From Selaginella moellendorffii (lineage: Eukaryota > Plantae > Lycopodiophyta), in contig NW_003314293.1 in NCBI RefSeq assembly GCF_000143415.4, forward strand, positions 836,062 through 900,061: a stretch of DNA of 64,000 bases, read 5' to 3'. The position numbers and the translations under genes are program-made. Shown piece by piece: positions 50,668-64,000 of this stretch (the first letter of the stretch is position 1; each line of letters opens with the position of its first letter). Under the pieces are notes generated by a model. It made no database searches, was not told where the DNA came from, and worked only from the letters and a program-made list of their open reading frames with translations.

Positions 50668-51858
50668 CTTGTGTACTCCCAAAAACTCTTATTAAGGATT
50701 CACTACAAAAATATACCTTGGTCTTTTCATATGGGAGGATTACAATACAGGCAAAAAACATAGTTTTTTATATGAATTAAAATTACAAATGTCATAGATT
50801 TCTTGGTGTTTTCCGCTATATTGTTCATTTTTTATTTTTCTTTCTCAGAACTGTTATTATAGAAATAACAAGAGCATTATTATCAATGGTGACAATGGTT
50901 TCCACATTCCTAAATGGGTAATAAAAACCAAGAGTGTTATATAGAGATTGTGATAGTGAAATGAAATTAACATTCTCACATTCCTTTGCACTACAACTCT
51001 TAATCACAGATCTTTTATTTTCCTTTTCTCAAGAACCCTAAAAAAATCTTTTAAATGAAGGAATAGTATGTATAGTTGTAAAAGTAGTCAAATCAAAATA
51101 TGACAGCTGTAACAATAGTCATAGTAAAATAATATTCTTATGAACTTTATCTTTTTCAAATGACTCAATCTAATAGAAACTTTTAACTTAGATATTTACA
51201 TATTTCAATATTTTAAAGTTTGCTAGAACCTTCATTTCTTCAATTTAGATTTACTTTAGATTTACTTTGTAAAACTTCTAGTTAACTATGTTGACTTGAG
51301 TTGACTTGTGTTGAGTTGAGCTTAACTCGTGAGTTCAACTCAACTTTGGACCATCCCCAAATGGCATAAACAAGCTTGACTGATGCATGAAGCCATTCTA
51401 AATGCATTACCAATTGTTTTTGACATGTCTCCAAATGCAAGGTATTTCAAAGTAATAACTACTTGCTTTGAAATAGACAAGCTCCAGATGCAAAGTATTT
51501 CAAAGCAATAGCTACTTACTTTGAAATAGACAAGCTCATCAGATAGAAAAGTGAATATAACAATTGAAACAATTTATGGATTTATATAGAGAACCTCAAA
51601 TTCTGTTCAATCTCACCTTGATGTAATATGCACCAATCAATAGCTGTAGAAGCCTTGGCAAATGACAACCAGCACACTCAATGAGATGAGAAAGGAGGAT
51701 GAATGCCACACAAACAGTTATGATGAGTTTGAGCTAGGCTGTAAGTTAACAAGAGGAACACACCTGTTTGGATCTTATATGTACATAGAATCTCAAAATC
51801 TTAAATGTACAAAATGTGTATAATTCTTGATGAATAGACAGACTTCACCAATGCTTCC

Positions 51859-52911
51859 TTCCCTCCCAGAGGATTGATACTCAACAGCGCAGTAGACAGC
51901 AGATAAATATTCATGCTCACAAAAAAGAAGCGTGAATAAAGTCTGCTCATTTTGAGATGAGCATTGTGAGAAGAGTACCTGATCCGCTGATACACTGCAC
52001 CAACTTTTGACCATTGCTGGGATTTTCGGCCATATTTGTAGGTCAGATTCAAGGCCTCTGCACCGAAGATCTCACGCTGCTCGGAGCAGCGCGGGCCATC
52101 CGTGGAGATATCAAACACGTGCCATGACTGTGGTCTCCTTGTTCCACTTCAGAATTTGTGATCTTAGCAGGCAAATCTCCTCAACATGCTCTCCAGGGAC
52201 TTCCCTCCGCGATCGCAGCCTTGCGCTCCCTCGCTCCAGCCTTTGCCTTGGAAGCCGCCAATAAGACTGCACCACTTTCTGGTGGCTCTTGTCCTGCGCC
52301 AGCGCTTTGGCTAAGCTACTCTCATGTTTCGCTCGAGTGGGGCGGCACAAGGACCAGCTCGATCAGTTTGTAGACTTCTTCCTTGGCTTCCACAGGAGGA
52401 AAGCTGGCGGCGCTTGTCCACAGAAGCTGACAGGTTCTCACAAGGATCTGTTCCATAGGTGGCAATGACGGGGAAGAGAGAACAGTGTTTTCCACGACCG
52501 GTGATGATATGCTGGAGAAGTTCAAGGATTTCCCGAAGGGAGATGACTTACTCACTTGTGAAGGTTGGTTAGCTATTTTCTCTTTTATTTTAACAAGTTT
52601 GTTTCTTTCATCTTTCCAGGAACCTGATCCGGTGCTAGAAGTGCTCCATTTCATATTTGCTTGGACATATGGGCCAACTCCATTTGTAGGAGCAGCCAGT
52701 GTTATGATCTGGCACAAAAAAGATAGAGATCTAATCACCCTAAACTATGTTATGCCACCTCTTGAGGTTCTTCACCACCCAACCACCCCCAAGCTACCTC
52801 AAAAGCTCCACTGCACCCCCGCTCCATTGTAAGCCCTAGGGTAGGTTAAGTCCCTCACCCTAACATGCCTTGAGCCTCCCTTGACTATGTGGTCAAAGTT
52901 GGCACTTAGCA
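51859..52911 (-). repeat. Inverted diverged copy of ~4140-5215, including family A LTR 52700-52911
   Basis: Same LTR-CTGGC junction in reverse (GCCAG at 52695-52699). Paralogous ORF translations. Confidence 0.9.
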
Positions 52912-55900
52912 ATTCTTCCCCCCAAACAAAGTCTTTGTCCCAAGGACGAGTTGTACTGGTGATCACCCTTTTTGGGGAACCCTACCCAAGCTTCTGGTCT
53001 ATCTTCTATAGCCGTATACATCAAGGAGGCATTAGGCCTGTCACTCCAAGATAGTACACATTTCAACTGGCTGACATAAAATACCGGATGAATTTTCACC
53101 CTAGCTGGCAGCTGCACCTGATAAGCTACTTTACCAATGTCCTCTAGCACTTCATATGAACCAGTATATCGATAGGAAAGTTTATCACTCTTCCCTGTCC
53201 GTAAAGGCACCAAGGTGATCCACTACTCACTTGATGGAAAGATCACTCGCACAAAGATGAGATCACCCACCTTATATTCTTGAAATTGGCGATGCTCATT
53301 AACCAGCTGCCCAAACTTGCTGACCACCTTACTCAAATGATGACAAAATCGTGTTTGTAATGTCGCCACAACAAACACAAGATAAAGCATTTGCCACCAC
53401 ATTTGATTTTCCCGCACAATATTTAATAGGAAACTCCATGAGTTTGACCATCCAACAAGCTTGCCTAGTGTTCAACTCCTTATGTGTGAAAAGATACACA
53501 AGTGGTTTGTGATCTATCAACACCACGAACACTGCACCATAAAGATAGTGTGGCCACGTCCGCAAAGCCTGAACAATAGAGAGTAACTTTTGCTCATATG
53601 TGGAATAGCGTTGCTCCGCAGAATTCAAAGTTCAACTCTCATATGCAATAAGCTATCCCTCTTGCATGAGAACTCCTCCCAATGCATAACCACTCGTATT
53701 GCATATCACCTCGTAAGGTTTCGATAGATTGGCAATGGGAAGCACTGGAGTCTCGCTCAACAATCGTTTCAGCGCCACAAAACTCTCCTCTTGTGGTTGC
53801 TTCCACTCGAAGGGCACATTCTTGTGTAACAACCACGTCAAAGGAAGAATATGGAGCATAAGGTGCATTTGCGCAAAGTTCTTTTGTTACTTTGAGACAG
53901 AAAACTTTATGCAAAGAAGAGCAAATATGAATTTGCAAAGTTGGAGGTGGAATATCTAGGCCAAATTGTGACATCTAAGGGTGTCAAGACAGATCCAAGG
54001 AAGGTGGCTATGGTGGAAAACTAGCCTACATTAACTACAGTGGTTGAGTTGTGCAGTTTTCCTTGTATGGCTAGTTATTACCGACGTTTCCAGCATAAGT
54101 TTGCCGAGGTGGCTATTCCTTGCTAAAAAGAAGAATATCGTCCAAGAAAATCTCCACAAACTCATGAAGATAACGCCTAAATACCTCCATCATCAACCGA
54201 GTAAATGTGGTTGGTGCATTCATCAAACCAAATAGCATAACTGTAAACTCAAAATGTCTGAAGCTTGTGTGTTAATGCCATCTTGGAGATAGATGCATCA
54301 TCCATTACAATCTGATGATATCCACTCCTCAGATCAATCTTGGTAAACACTCATGCTTCACCAAGCTTGTCCAGGATATCATCCACACGTGGCATCGGCA
54401 TCTTATCCTTCATTGTCTTTTTGTTCAAAGCACGGTAGTCAATACATATCCGCATTGAACCGTCCTTCTTCTTCACAAGCAAGACTGAAGCACCAAACAG
54501 GGACTTACTTGGCTGAATAAATCTAAACTCAAGTAACTCCTTGACTTGTCGTTGAACTTCTTGCTCCTCCGCATAACTTAACTGAAATGGACGCCGGTAA
54601 ATTGGCTACGTCCTTGGCTCCAATATAATCCCATGCTCCACACCTTGTAACGGAGGCAACCCATGAGGAAGTTTAGATGGAAAAACATCAGAAAACTCGT
54701 CAAGTACATCCCGTGCTACTGCTTCTTCCCCACACGTGCCTTGGGCCCCCAAGTCATGAACAAACAGTAAGTAACTTGAAAATGTTTTTCCATTATGACA
54801 AGCCCGCTTCAAAGATGTAGTAAAGACCATAACAACTGGTGGTTGAACACCCTCGCCAAACCACACATCTCATACTCCAGCAAGATACGCTTAATAGTCC
54901 ACTTTATCTTTGGATCACCTTCACCAACCATGGCATCCCAAGAATGAGATCCACACAATGGATATCTGCAAGATAAAAAGTTTCTACAAGTGTGGTTTTT
55001 CCAACCAACACTTCCAGCCCCTTGACATAAGTATCGAAACGCTGAACAGAGGTAGTTGCACCTTCCACTGTGTATGGAAGAACTCCGTGTGTGACCAGGC
55101 CATGCTCCGCAACAAAATTTGCCAAAACAAAGTTGTCATCACTCCCACTATCCAGTAAAATCCCCACTGCATTGCCACGGAACACGCCCTCCAGCATTAA
55201 AGCTGATTCACGCGTATCCTCGAGCTCTATCTTGTTCCACACACAGTTGAGCTGATGAGCAACGATTGAAAGTCTCTTCCTCTGACCGGAATGGTCGTTC
55301 TCATCATCCTCACGCTGCAAAGTTTGCAACTTTTTAGTATCTGACTTACCGTGAGAAGAAGATTAGCCATTCTTCTTGTCCTACTGCTTGTTCTTCAACT
55401 GCGGACAATCAACCTTGTAGTGTCCAAGTTCACCGCAATGATGACAACCCTGTTTATAATTCTTCACAAAGAACTTCTGCTTTTTGGACCCTTTTGCATC
55501 CGAAGTAGTCACCACAGACATCAAATTGTGATGCTTGTTCCATCCTTGTGTCCACGGTGATCATCACGACGATTCTCGACAGAAGGACTCCACGAACGCT
55601 TGCGAGACTTGTGCTTATCATTGTCAAGTTGACAAGCCGCATCAAAGAGCTCCTCCAAACTCTTTGTAGGCTGAGAATGACGCAAGTGTTGCCGCATGCT
55701 CTCACTATGTAGGCCATCAATGAAGTAGGACTTATTCTGATCTGGATCCTTCGTTGGAACATGACTAATCAAATGAGTAAGCTTCTCAATATAGTCCCCA
55801 AGTGTTATTTTCCCTTGCTGGAAATGTCAAAGTTCTGTACGAGCATTCTCCACGTCGTAATGAGGGGCAAAACATAAACAGAAAGCAACCTCAAACTCAT

Positions 55901-55988
55901 CCATGGTAAACACTAGTGGTTTCTTATCTGCAACACGAGACTCCTCAAGCCAATTCCACCATCGAAGACCCATATCACGCAAAACCAT
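52912..55988 (-). mobile_element. Rearranged gypsy family A internal region (gag, protease, RT, RNase H, integrase end) with deletion and inner inversion
   Basis: LLDSGS..NF protease and DLILGMPWL. RT block ~53840-54118 is flipped to the plus strand. Confidence 0.9.
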
Positions 55989-57612
55989 AACCTACCCTAG
56001 GGCTCACAATGGAGCAACAGCGCAGTGGAGCTTTTAAGGTAGCTTGAGGGTGGTTGGGTGGTGAGGAACATTAAGAGGTGGTGTAACATAGTTTAAGGCA
56101 ACTAGATCTCTGTCTTTTTTGTGCCGGATCATAACACTGGCTGCTCCTGCAAATAAAGTCGGCCTATATGTCCGAGCAAATATGAAACAGAGCACTTCTA
56201 GCACTGGATCAGGTTCCTAGAAAGATGAAAGAAACAAACTCGTTAAAATAAAAGAGAAAATAGCTAACCAACCTTCACAAGTGAGTAAGCTATCTCCCTT
56301 CGGGAAATCCTTGAACTTCTTCAGCATATCATCACCGGTCGTGGAAAATGCTGTTTTCTCTTCCTCGTCATTGCCACCTATGGAACAGGTCCTCGTGAGA
56401 ACCTGTCAGCTCCTGTGAACAAGTGCCGCCAGCTTTCCTCCTGTGGAAGCCAAGGAAGAAGTCTACAAACCGATCAAGCTGGTCCCTGTGCCACCCCACT
56501 CGAGCGAAACACGAGAGTAGCTTGGCCAAAGCGCTGGCGCAGGATGAGAGCCGCCAGAAAGTGGTGCAGTCTTATCAGCGGCTTCCAAGGCAAAGCCTGG
56601 AGCGAGGGAGCGCAAGGCTGCGATTGCGGAGGGAAGTCCCTGGAGAGCATGTTGAGGAGCTTTGCCTGCTAAGATCACAAATTCTGAAGTGGAACAAGGA
56701 GACCACGGTCATGGCACGTGTTTGATATCTCCACGGATGGCCCGCACTGCTCCCAGCAGCGTGAGATCTTCGGTGCAGAGGCCTCGAATCCGACCTACAA
56801 ATATGGCCGAAAATCCCAGCAATGGTCAAAAGTTGGTGCAGTGTATCAGCGGATCAGGTACTCTTCTCACAACGCTCATCTCAAAACGAGCAGACCTTAT
56901 TCACGCTTCTTTTTTGTGAGCATGAATATTTATCTGCTGTCTACTGCGCTGTTGAGTAGCAATCCTCTGGGAGGGAAGGCTGGCTGAGATCGCCACGGCC
57001 TTGATGCTTGCTCCAGAATAAACTCTCCATGTGGCTTTAGATCAGCGCAGTTCCAAAATATGAGTTAAATGAAAGAGAAATCAAAGCAAGAAAAGAGAAG
57101 TGAACCTTACGGACAACAAGTCAGCTCCCTTTGGAGCTTCTCCAGCATTTCATTGCCAGTAGTGGTAAATGCTGCTTTCTCTTCCTCGTCATGACCACCT
57201 ATGGAACAAATCCTCATGAGAGCCTGAAGCTGCACCCTCGCCTCCTCAGTGTGGCCTGATTCAAGAACCTCAGACAAGGACCGCCACTTTTTGTCCTGTT
57301 AGTTCTTCCTTGCCCGACTATGGAATCTCACATCCTGCCCTCGTACATGAGAGTTGTTCTGGCCTACAAGCTTGAAGGAAGTATAAGCAAGCCAACGCAC
57401 TGCCCACATATACAACGATTTGATGTTAAATACTAATATATCCTAATCCTCTCCAACCACTAGAAAGTTTATGAAAAATATTTTTTCAGTTTTTTTTTAA
57501 TTTAATACAATTATATGACATTGGGGATATAATTAAATTGACCAACACTTTTTAATTTGACATAGAGGAACCCTAGAAATTCCCAATTTTAGGGTTCTTG
57601 GGCAGGGGAAGG

Positions 57613-60405
57613 ATGGCGTCCTTTTTTGCAGTTATGGATGAGCTTGAATATTCCATCCTGGCTGTGGGCACTGAAATCGAAGAATTGAAAGAACAACTGA
57701 AAAGCGAGAAAGATCCTGAAGAGAAAAGGCATCTGTGGGAGGAGAAGTGGCAACTGCGGAAGAAGGAGGAGCAGCTGCGGAAGAAGGAGCTTGTCCTGCT
57801 CAAATCTAATGGTAAGTACATGCTATGCGCGATCTGAGAGATTTGATGCACACTCCTAGCCTTGCCCTGCAAAAGCCCCAATCAGCTGCTTTTCATATCT
57901 GCCGCAGAAGCCCCAAATGTCGAGCTTTGTTTCGTTGCCATCTCGAATCGAAAAAGCCACTCGAGGTGCACTTCCATCCTTTTGCATTTTATCCCTTGTT
58001 TGCCCCATCCAAAGCTTGCGCCATTGATCCCATAGCTCTAAGTCTGCCACAGCTCGAAACCGAGGAGACGTTTGGAAGACATTGCTTAAAAACTCACTTT
58101 TTTTCTGCCGTTTTTTTTTCTCCGTTCTAAGCTTGTGCTTTTGTCTTGTGCAGCTCAAGAAATTCCAACTGCTGGTGAAGTATTAATCGAGGCTCTCCCC
58201 CGCGTAGACGCTTTTATCCAAAAGGCCCGGGAGTCTATCAAGCAGCTTGGAGCTGTGCCCACAGTGAAGGGGAAGCCCAGCCTACTTTTAGCGGGCTTGG
58301 GAACAAGCTTTCTGACGCAGTCTGGTGATCTGGGCAAGATGCTAGACAGTAAAGGTCCGGTGGTTTCTGTGGTGGGCACATCGGGTTCAGGGAAAACAAG
58401 GACGTTGCTGGAGCTTCTCTGTTCGAGAATTGGGCTTTACTTCGTAGCTGACATGCAGGGTAACTTTGGGTTTGAGGACTTAACATTATTGCGCAGCTTG
58501 GTTCTGGAAGGCGTGGCATATGACGTTCGAGCTGCTCTAGCTCAGTCGGTAGTACGAGCTTCAGTTTTAGCTCGGTTATTTCTACTTAAGCGTTGTCTTG
58601 AGGTGAAGTTCTCGGCACGGGAATGGTTGCTACTCCAGCTTCTGGGAAGTCAGTTTGTGCAGGTGGATATTTGCAGGGATTTAACGGGGTCTTTGCTCGT
58701 CAAGTTGGAAGCTCTAGGTGTAGTGAGAAGGCAGGAAACCTTAGAGGAAGAGATCAATGAGCAGTGGCAGCAGGTTATAGGGATGGCTACTGATGTAGTC
58801 GTTGTGTTGGATGAAGCGCAGGCGCTCTTCGAGTTGCACAAAGATCAGTTTAAGCCTTTTGGCGGAGGGACTGGGACGAGGAGTTCGTTCCATCAAGTGT
58901 ATGAGGCACTTAGCCGGCCTTCCAGAGGTGTGACTGCCAAGCTGCTGCTCTCGGCTACTTGTTTGGCCGGATACAAGGAAACGGAGGTTTTCTCGCCGGC
59001 AATTGCCAAACAGCTGTTACGGGGTCCTGCTTTCTGTTCCTTCGGCAAGTTTCGAGACACGGGTGACATGTACAAGTACATGAAGAATTTTGTTGCTGTC
59101 GATGACACTGTTGATGAAGAGTTGCTCCAGAGGTTCGTAGGGAGATACAGACCACTGGCTCGGGTTCTTGAGGATTTTCTGGAAAAGCAACGCTCTCTCA
59201 ATGAGTCGCTTAAGAGTGTCCGATCGATGCTCGCGAAGGAGGACTCGGAAGGATCTTACGTCACGGTTTTGAAGCGCATCCAGGTCCAGCCACGGATTCA
59301 CAACGTGGAGCTGATCCAATTGTGCCGGATGATACGTCTGACAAGCCAATATGTTGGAAAGTACTACTGCACCAGGAAAGAGGAAGTCGAGCTGATTCAC
59401 CATGGGCTAGCTTATTTGGATGCTGTTGATGTGGATAAGGGAGAGTTCGGGCTGGAAGGAACGATCGAGGAACCACTCGTGTTGGAAGCGCTTGAGTACT
59501 ATTTCCGTGAGGACAACGCCCCTCTTCACATAATGAATCGTCTCAATTCACCATCGGCAGGATTCAACCTCGAGATAGCTGCAGCAGATGCTCTTTGCAG
59601 TTTTCTTTCGGCTGGCAAGTTCAGTAATCATCCTATCTTTGAGGGCGCAACTGCTTTACCAGACATCTTCTGCCAGCAGCTGAGGTTGTGGTCAGCAGAC
59701 AGCCTTCGACTGGTGTGTAGTACCAAGGGAATGACGAGCTATCTCGCTGGTGGGATGGGAACAGCAAAGGTTCTCCACCCGGAATTCCTAGCAGGTCCAG
59801 ATCTGGTGATCCCACTGAAGACGGAAGACAACAAGGAGCTGATCCTCTTTGCACAGTTCAGACTCCTGAACTTTCTTGACAAAAAGAAGTTCGAGCAGGG
59901 CGTGTCGACGACGAACCCTGAGTTCATATTCAGGTCTCGCAAGGCAGCGAAACTGAGGGCAGAGTTCAAGGAGGAGGTTGGTAACCGCTGGTGGAAGAAC
60001 GGCATTATCAGGTTGATGGTAGTGTATCCAGCAGTCTTCAAGAAGGAGCGTATGCCTCCTGCTGTTGAGGTGATTCCTGCTGCAGGCGGTGTTGGTCCCC
60101 AGCTCAAGATCATCATTCATGCTGGCAACGCAAAACAATTGTTTTCTCAGGAGTAAGTGGTCTTCATCTGTGTACTGTGATTGTTGCTAACTTGTTTTGA
60201 CAGTTTGGTAAACTTTCTGAACGTGTACAAGGGATTCAAAGTTGGAGAGCCGGAGTCCTTGGCACGTGCAGTTGATAAAGTGCTGGCATTGGACTTGCAT
60301 CGCTCGTTCAAGGACAGGCCTAGGAGGAAAAGAGATTTCGATGTAGCCTTTACTGAACTGGAAGACTACTGGGGTGATGAGGACGGAATGGAGTTGGATG
60401 TATAA
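57613..60405 (+). CDS. Coiled-coil/P-loop NTPase/REase-like (Crinkler-like) protein, 799 aa, intact
   Basis: Exons 57613-57811, 58154-60152 and 60204-60405 total 2400 nt, open. Motifs GTSGSGKT, VVVLDEAQ, GFNLE, HPEFLAGPDLV and FAQFR. Confidence 0.85.
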
Positions 60406-61464
60406 ATTGATAACTATAAACAGGTAATCCGGTCAGTTGTTTTGTCAAGCTTCCCCCCACCCAGGTACACATGCCCAAATCCTAGAAATAGTTTGAAGTT
60501 GTGTTTTGATCGATGTGGTTGCTAAAAGAAATATACATTTCCTTCCTATAAACCCTAGTAGTTTGGATAGTGTTAAAAGAGTTAAAGTTGTGTTTTTGTT
60601 TTGAAGATGCATGGATATTTTTTGGGAGTTGTGGGATGAGAATTTGTGCTAAATGACAGTAAAGATTTGGAGGAAATCAATGGGAGAGCTGGTTATATGA
60701 AATTGGTCAGGGAGGCTTTGTTGCTAGTGGCCAACCATGAATTTTAATCAAAGCTTATTAAAAACTGAGTGCAATTTCACTAACACTTAAAATCTCTTTA
60801 TCCAGGATGCTTTGAACAGGATTATGGTGAACCGGACAATTGTCATTGTAACCCATAAATTATTTACCATCATTTACCATCAAGAACACAAATTATTGTT
60901 CAGCTAACTATTCAGTAAAATCACTTGAAAAACATTCTAAAATGCTTTTAAACACTATTAGTCAAATAAGGCCTAACCTGACCCTTCCCTGAAGTAATTT
61001 TTGTTTGTTTCTTTTGTAACTCATTAGATTCTCACCTAGGTGCAATACAATGAAATCTGCACAGCATAGCACCTTTGTAATGCATGTGATCATGTATTTT
61101 ATTTGAATGACCCTGCAAAGAGGGCCACCCGCCAAGAGCTGCGATCCAGGGCCGGGAGCCAAAAGTTTTACACTGCCAATACTTTGGGCCAGCGAGTGCG
61201 ACTTCCCACGTACAAGCCTGGCCCCTGCTGTGTTTTTGTTTCTTCTGCCATGCAGGCTTCAACACGGCAAAAGATAACAAGATTTAACAAGAGGCGTCTA
61301 GCCTCGCAAAAGAAAGAACCACACACAAAAGGTCCACTGTATCCTGGTCTATTTGTGATAAGCTTGAGCTCAATCCCTGGATCTCATCGATACTTGCACC
61401 TCTTTGCTGCCAGAAGAATCTACACTCGCATTCTAACCTCCTCCTGGGCAATACACAACAGGCT

Positions 61465-62896
61465 GATTGCAATGTACACAAAACTGGGGGGCCTGGACGA
61501 CGCGACAAAGACTTTCGAGGAATTGCAACACAAGAATCTATTTCCTTCGTGCTAATTCTCTCTCCTTATGCACACGCTGGACAACTCAATCGCACTAAAT
61601 CCCTCTTTGATGCCATGCCTGCGTGGAATCTAGTTGCATGGAATGCGATGCTAACTGCATATACCCGTTCTGGGCATCTAGAGTATGCAAGGGCTGTGTT
61701 TGCAAATATGCCGGATAAAAATATTATTTCTTGGAACGTTATGTTAGCACTGTACGCACTGACCGGGAAATTGATTTTGCCACCGAGACCTTTCTACAAA
61801 TGCCTTTGGGAGTCTTTATCTCGTGGACAACTATACTTTCTGCATAGACCCAAACTGGGTATTTTGAAGAAGCTGAAATTATGCTGGAGGAACAGCATTC
61901 TTTTAATTTGTGGGTTTCTGGGCTTTCTTCTTATGCTAAACAAAAAACGAAGAATTTGTTTAAAAGAATGCCGTACAGAAATCTTATTGCTTGTAATGTG
62001 ATGGTCCTTACGTATGCCCAAAACGGGCATTTTGATCAAGCTTTTAGCTTTGTAGAAAGTTACATGCCTGAGAGGGATTTGGTTATGTGGACCTCCTTTC
62101 TCGCAGCATTGGCACAATACGGTCATGTGGAAGATGCCAAGCGTGTGTTTGATTTGTTGTTTATGACCAAATGGGCCAAAGGGATCTCATTGCAATGGCT
62201 GTGATGCTCTCGGCATATGCTCAAAATGGACAAATTGTCGAAGTGAAGAGATTCTATGAGAGCTTCCCAGAATGGAACATGGTATCGACTAACACGATGC
62301 TTTCGGCATAGGCCCAGCATGGCTATCTAGATCAAGCACTCGTCATCTTCGACAATATGCCCCAGAGAGACGAAGCAACTTGGAATGCTATACTCAAAAC
62401 GGACATCTTTCAGATGCCAAGAGAATCTTTCACTCCATGCCCAGCCGCAATATCATCTCGTGGAATACCATTCTAGCTGGTTTTGTGGAAAGTGGACAAC
62501 CAGCAGTGGTGAAGAAGGTTTTCAATGAGATGCAATCAACAATCCTTCCGGATGAGGCTTGCTTTGTCATGGTCCTCATTGCCAGCAGCCAAGATGGTTC
62601 GCCAGGGGATCCAGAACTTTAGAAGCATGGTTATCGACTATGGAATCCAACCTTTGAAGCAGCATTATTGCTGCATGGTTGATACTTTCAAGAGCTCGGC
62701 ATTTGGATGTGGCAATGGAGCTAATTGGGAGCATCCTTTCGTTGCTGATGGAGTGGATTGGATGTGCTTTCTTTCAGCTTGCGGGTGTCAAGCTCATGGT
62801 CATGCTGGCTTGAGTGTGGCAAGGCATACAATTGAGAAAGACGAGAAGAAAGCAGCGTTTTATGTGTCAGTGGCAAACATCTACTCAGAGCTTTGA
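61465..62896 (+). pseudogene. PLS-class PPR pseudogene, uninverted copy
   Basis: Collinear PPR motifs over several frames with an E-domain-like end. Confidence 0.9.
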
Positions 62897-64000
62897 TGTT
62901 AATGAAGGATCGCGAGAGAGAAATCTACTGCTGAGAACCACTTTGTTTGTTGTGGAGCAGGGCTTGAAGCTGGAGCAGGAGATGCTGGATCACCCACTGC
63001 TTCAAAAGGCGGAAGAGATTGGCGTTATGATTGTCAACGACTCCTTTAGAAAAGAATGCGTCCCTGTTGTGGCTTACAATCTCAATGATGCAACCGCAAA
63101 GGTGACAGCCGGAGTTTGAAGAGTAGTTCGTGAACGCAAAAAAAAAATGGAGATTATGTCGATACTCAGTGGCAATGGAATACTTGTTAGTGCGTGGTTA
63201 GGAATTTAGAATGGTCGTGGCAAACGGCATGGTACCATGGGCCACGCTGGATACCTCCACCCTTGAAAACCAAGACTCGAAAAATCATTGTATTTCAATT
63301 GTGATTTTGTGCCTGCTTGTTTGAAGCTAATTACAAAGAAAATCCTACAAAGCCTACTGGGACGCATAAATCAAAATCACTCTCGGATTCATATCGAGGA
63401 TTTCTTCTGCATAATAGTCCCTCAACATGTTGATGAAATAGCCATTGTAATCTAGAGCCGTCCAAAAGTCAGAGAGCTGGTGCTGGGCCTGGGATTTCAA
63501 GTAGCATCTGTGTAAGCGGCAGACGTTCTCGTGAAATGACGATCTCAGCTCTAGAACCTGTAAAATAGTTGGGATAATGAGAATATAACTCAAAAGAGAT
63601 AAAACGAAACTCCCTACCCTTGAATATAGTTTGTGGATGCCATCCTCCCAGCTCCTAATGTTCTTGAGCAAGGAGCAAAAGTTGAGCAAGCACTGCATTA
63701 TGTTGTTCATGCATGACTTCACTCCTGTGTGTTCCAAAGAAACACACACAAAGACAGCAGAAGGCATAAAAGTCTTGCTTTACTTCAGTGCTTACTGATG
63801 GACTGCATTGATCAAGTACTTGTGGTGAACTACCTCCAAGTCCTGCATGTCCTTGATATTCATAATACGTCTGCAAGGAGAAAAAACTTGCAGCACGTTA
63901 TTCTATTTATCTCGTGTTTGATAGCACGAAGAAAATCGCCCCAGAAGCTGCGAATGTACGTGACATTGAAAAACTGTGACAAAATGCCCGATTTGAAGAA

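Larger units (their letters stand above)
55989..64000 (+). repeat. Segmental duplication, copy 2 (partial LTR to 56136, then the unit)
   Basis: Collinear with ~4226-12243. Confidence 0.97.

Noticed and set aside
50701-50720. CACTACAAAAA as a CACTA left terminus
   Set aside because: No subterminal repeats or matching downstream end seen, and it does not pair with the terminus at 275.
58135-60156. NB-ARC/NLR resistance gene
   Set aside because: No RNBS, GLPL or MHD motifs and no LRRs.

Overview
Repeat-dense eukaryotic nuclear DNA from a land plant. The very short GT-AG introns and decayed PLS-type PPR genes suggest a compact lycophyte genome such as Selaginella (inference). Most of the window is scrambled Ty3/gypsy debris: two LTR families, a TRIM, a CACTA terminus and a Harbinger fragment. 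A near-identical ~8 kb duplication (4374-~12240 vs 56137-64000) carries a Crinkler-like coiled-coil/P-loop NTPase/REase-like gene, intact only in the second copy, and a PPR pseudogene. A small intact HMA-domain gene with a poly-Cys tail lies at 36752-37155. The standout is an ~11.8 kb TIR DNA transposon (19958-31772). On the minus strand it encodes a DUF7869/Sola1-like DDE transposase. Divergently it encodes a large multi-exon cargo gene with a ParB/Srx-like domain, a degenerate amino-methyltransferase-like domain and an FCP1/NIF-like HAD phosphatase domain. The element contains about 20 copies of a 22-bp palindrome (ATGGCRTG-N6-CAYGCCAT), placed in most of the cargo gene's 5' introns and in coding sequence. 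A 287-bp MITE with the same TIRs and a 4-bp TSD keeps two of these palindromes. This suggests a ParB/parS-like self-recognition system in a plant transposon. Domain calls come from motifs read by eye, not from database searches.
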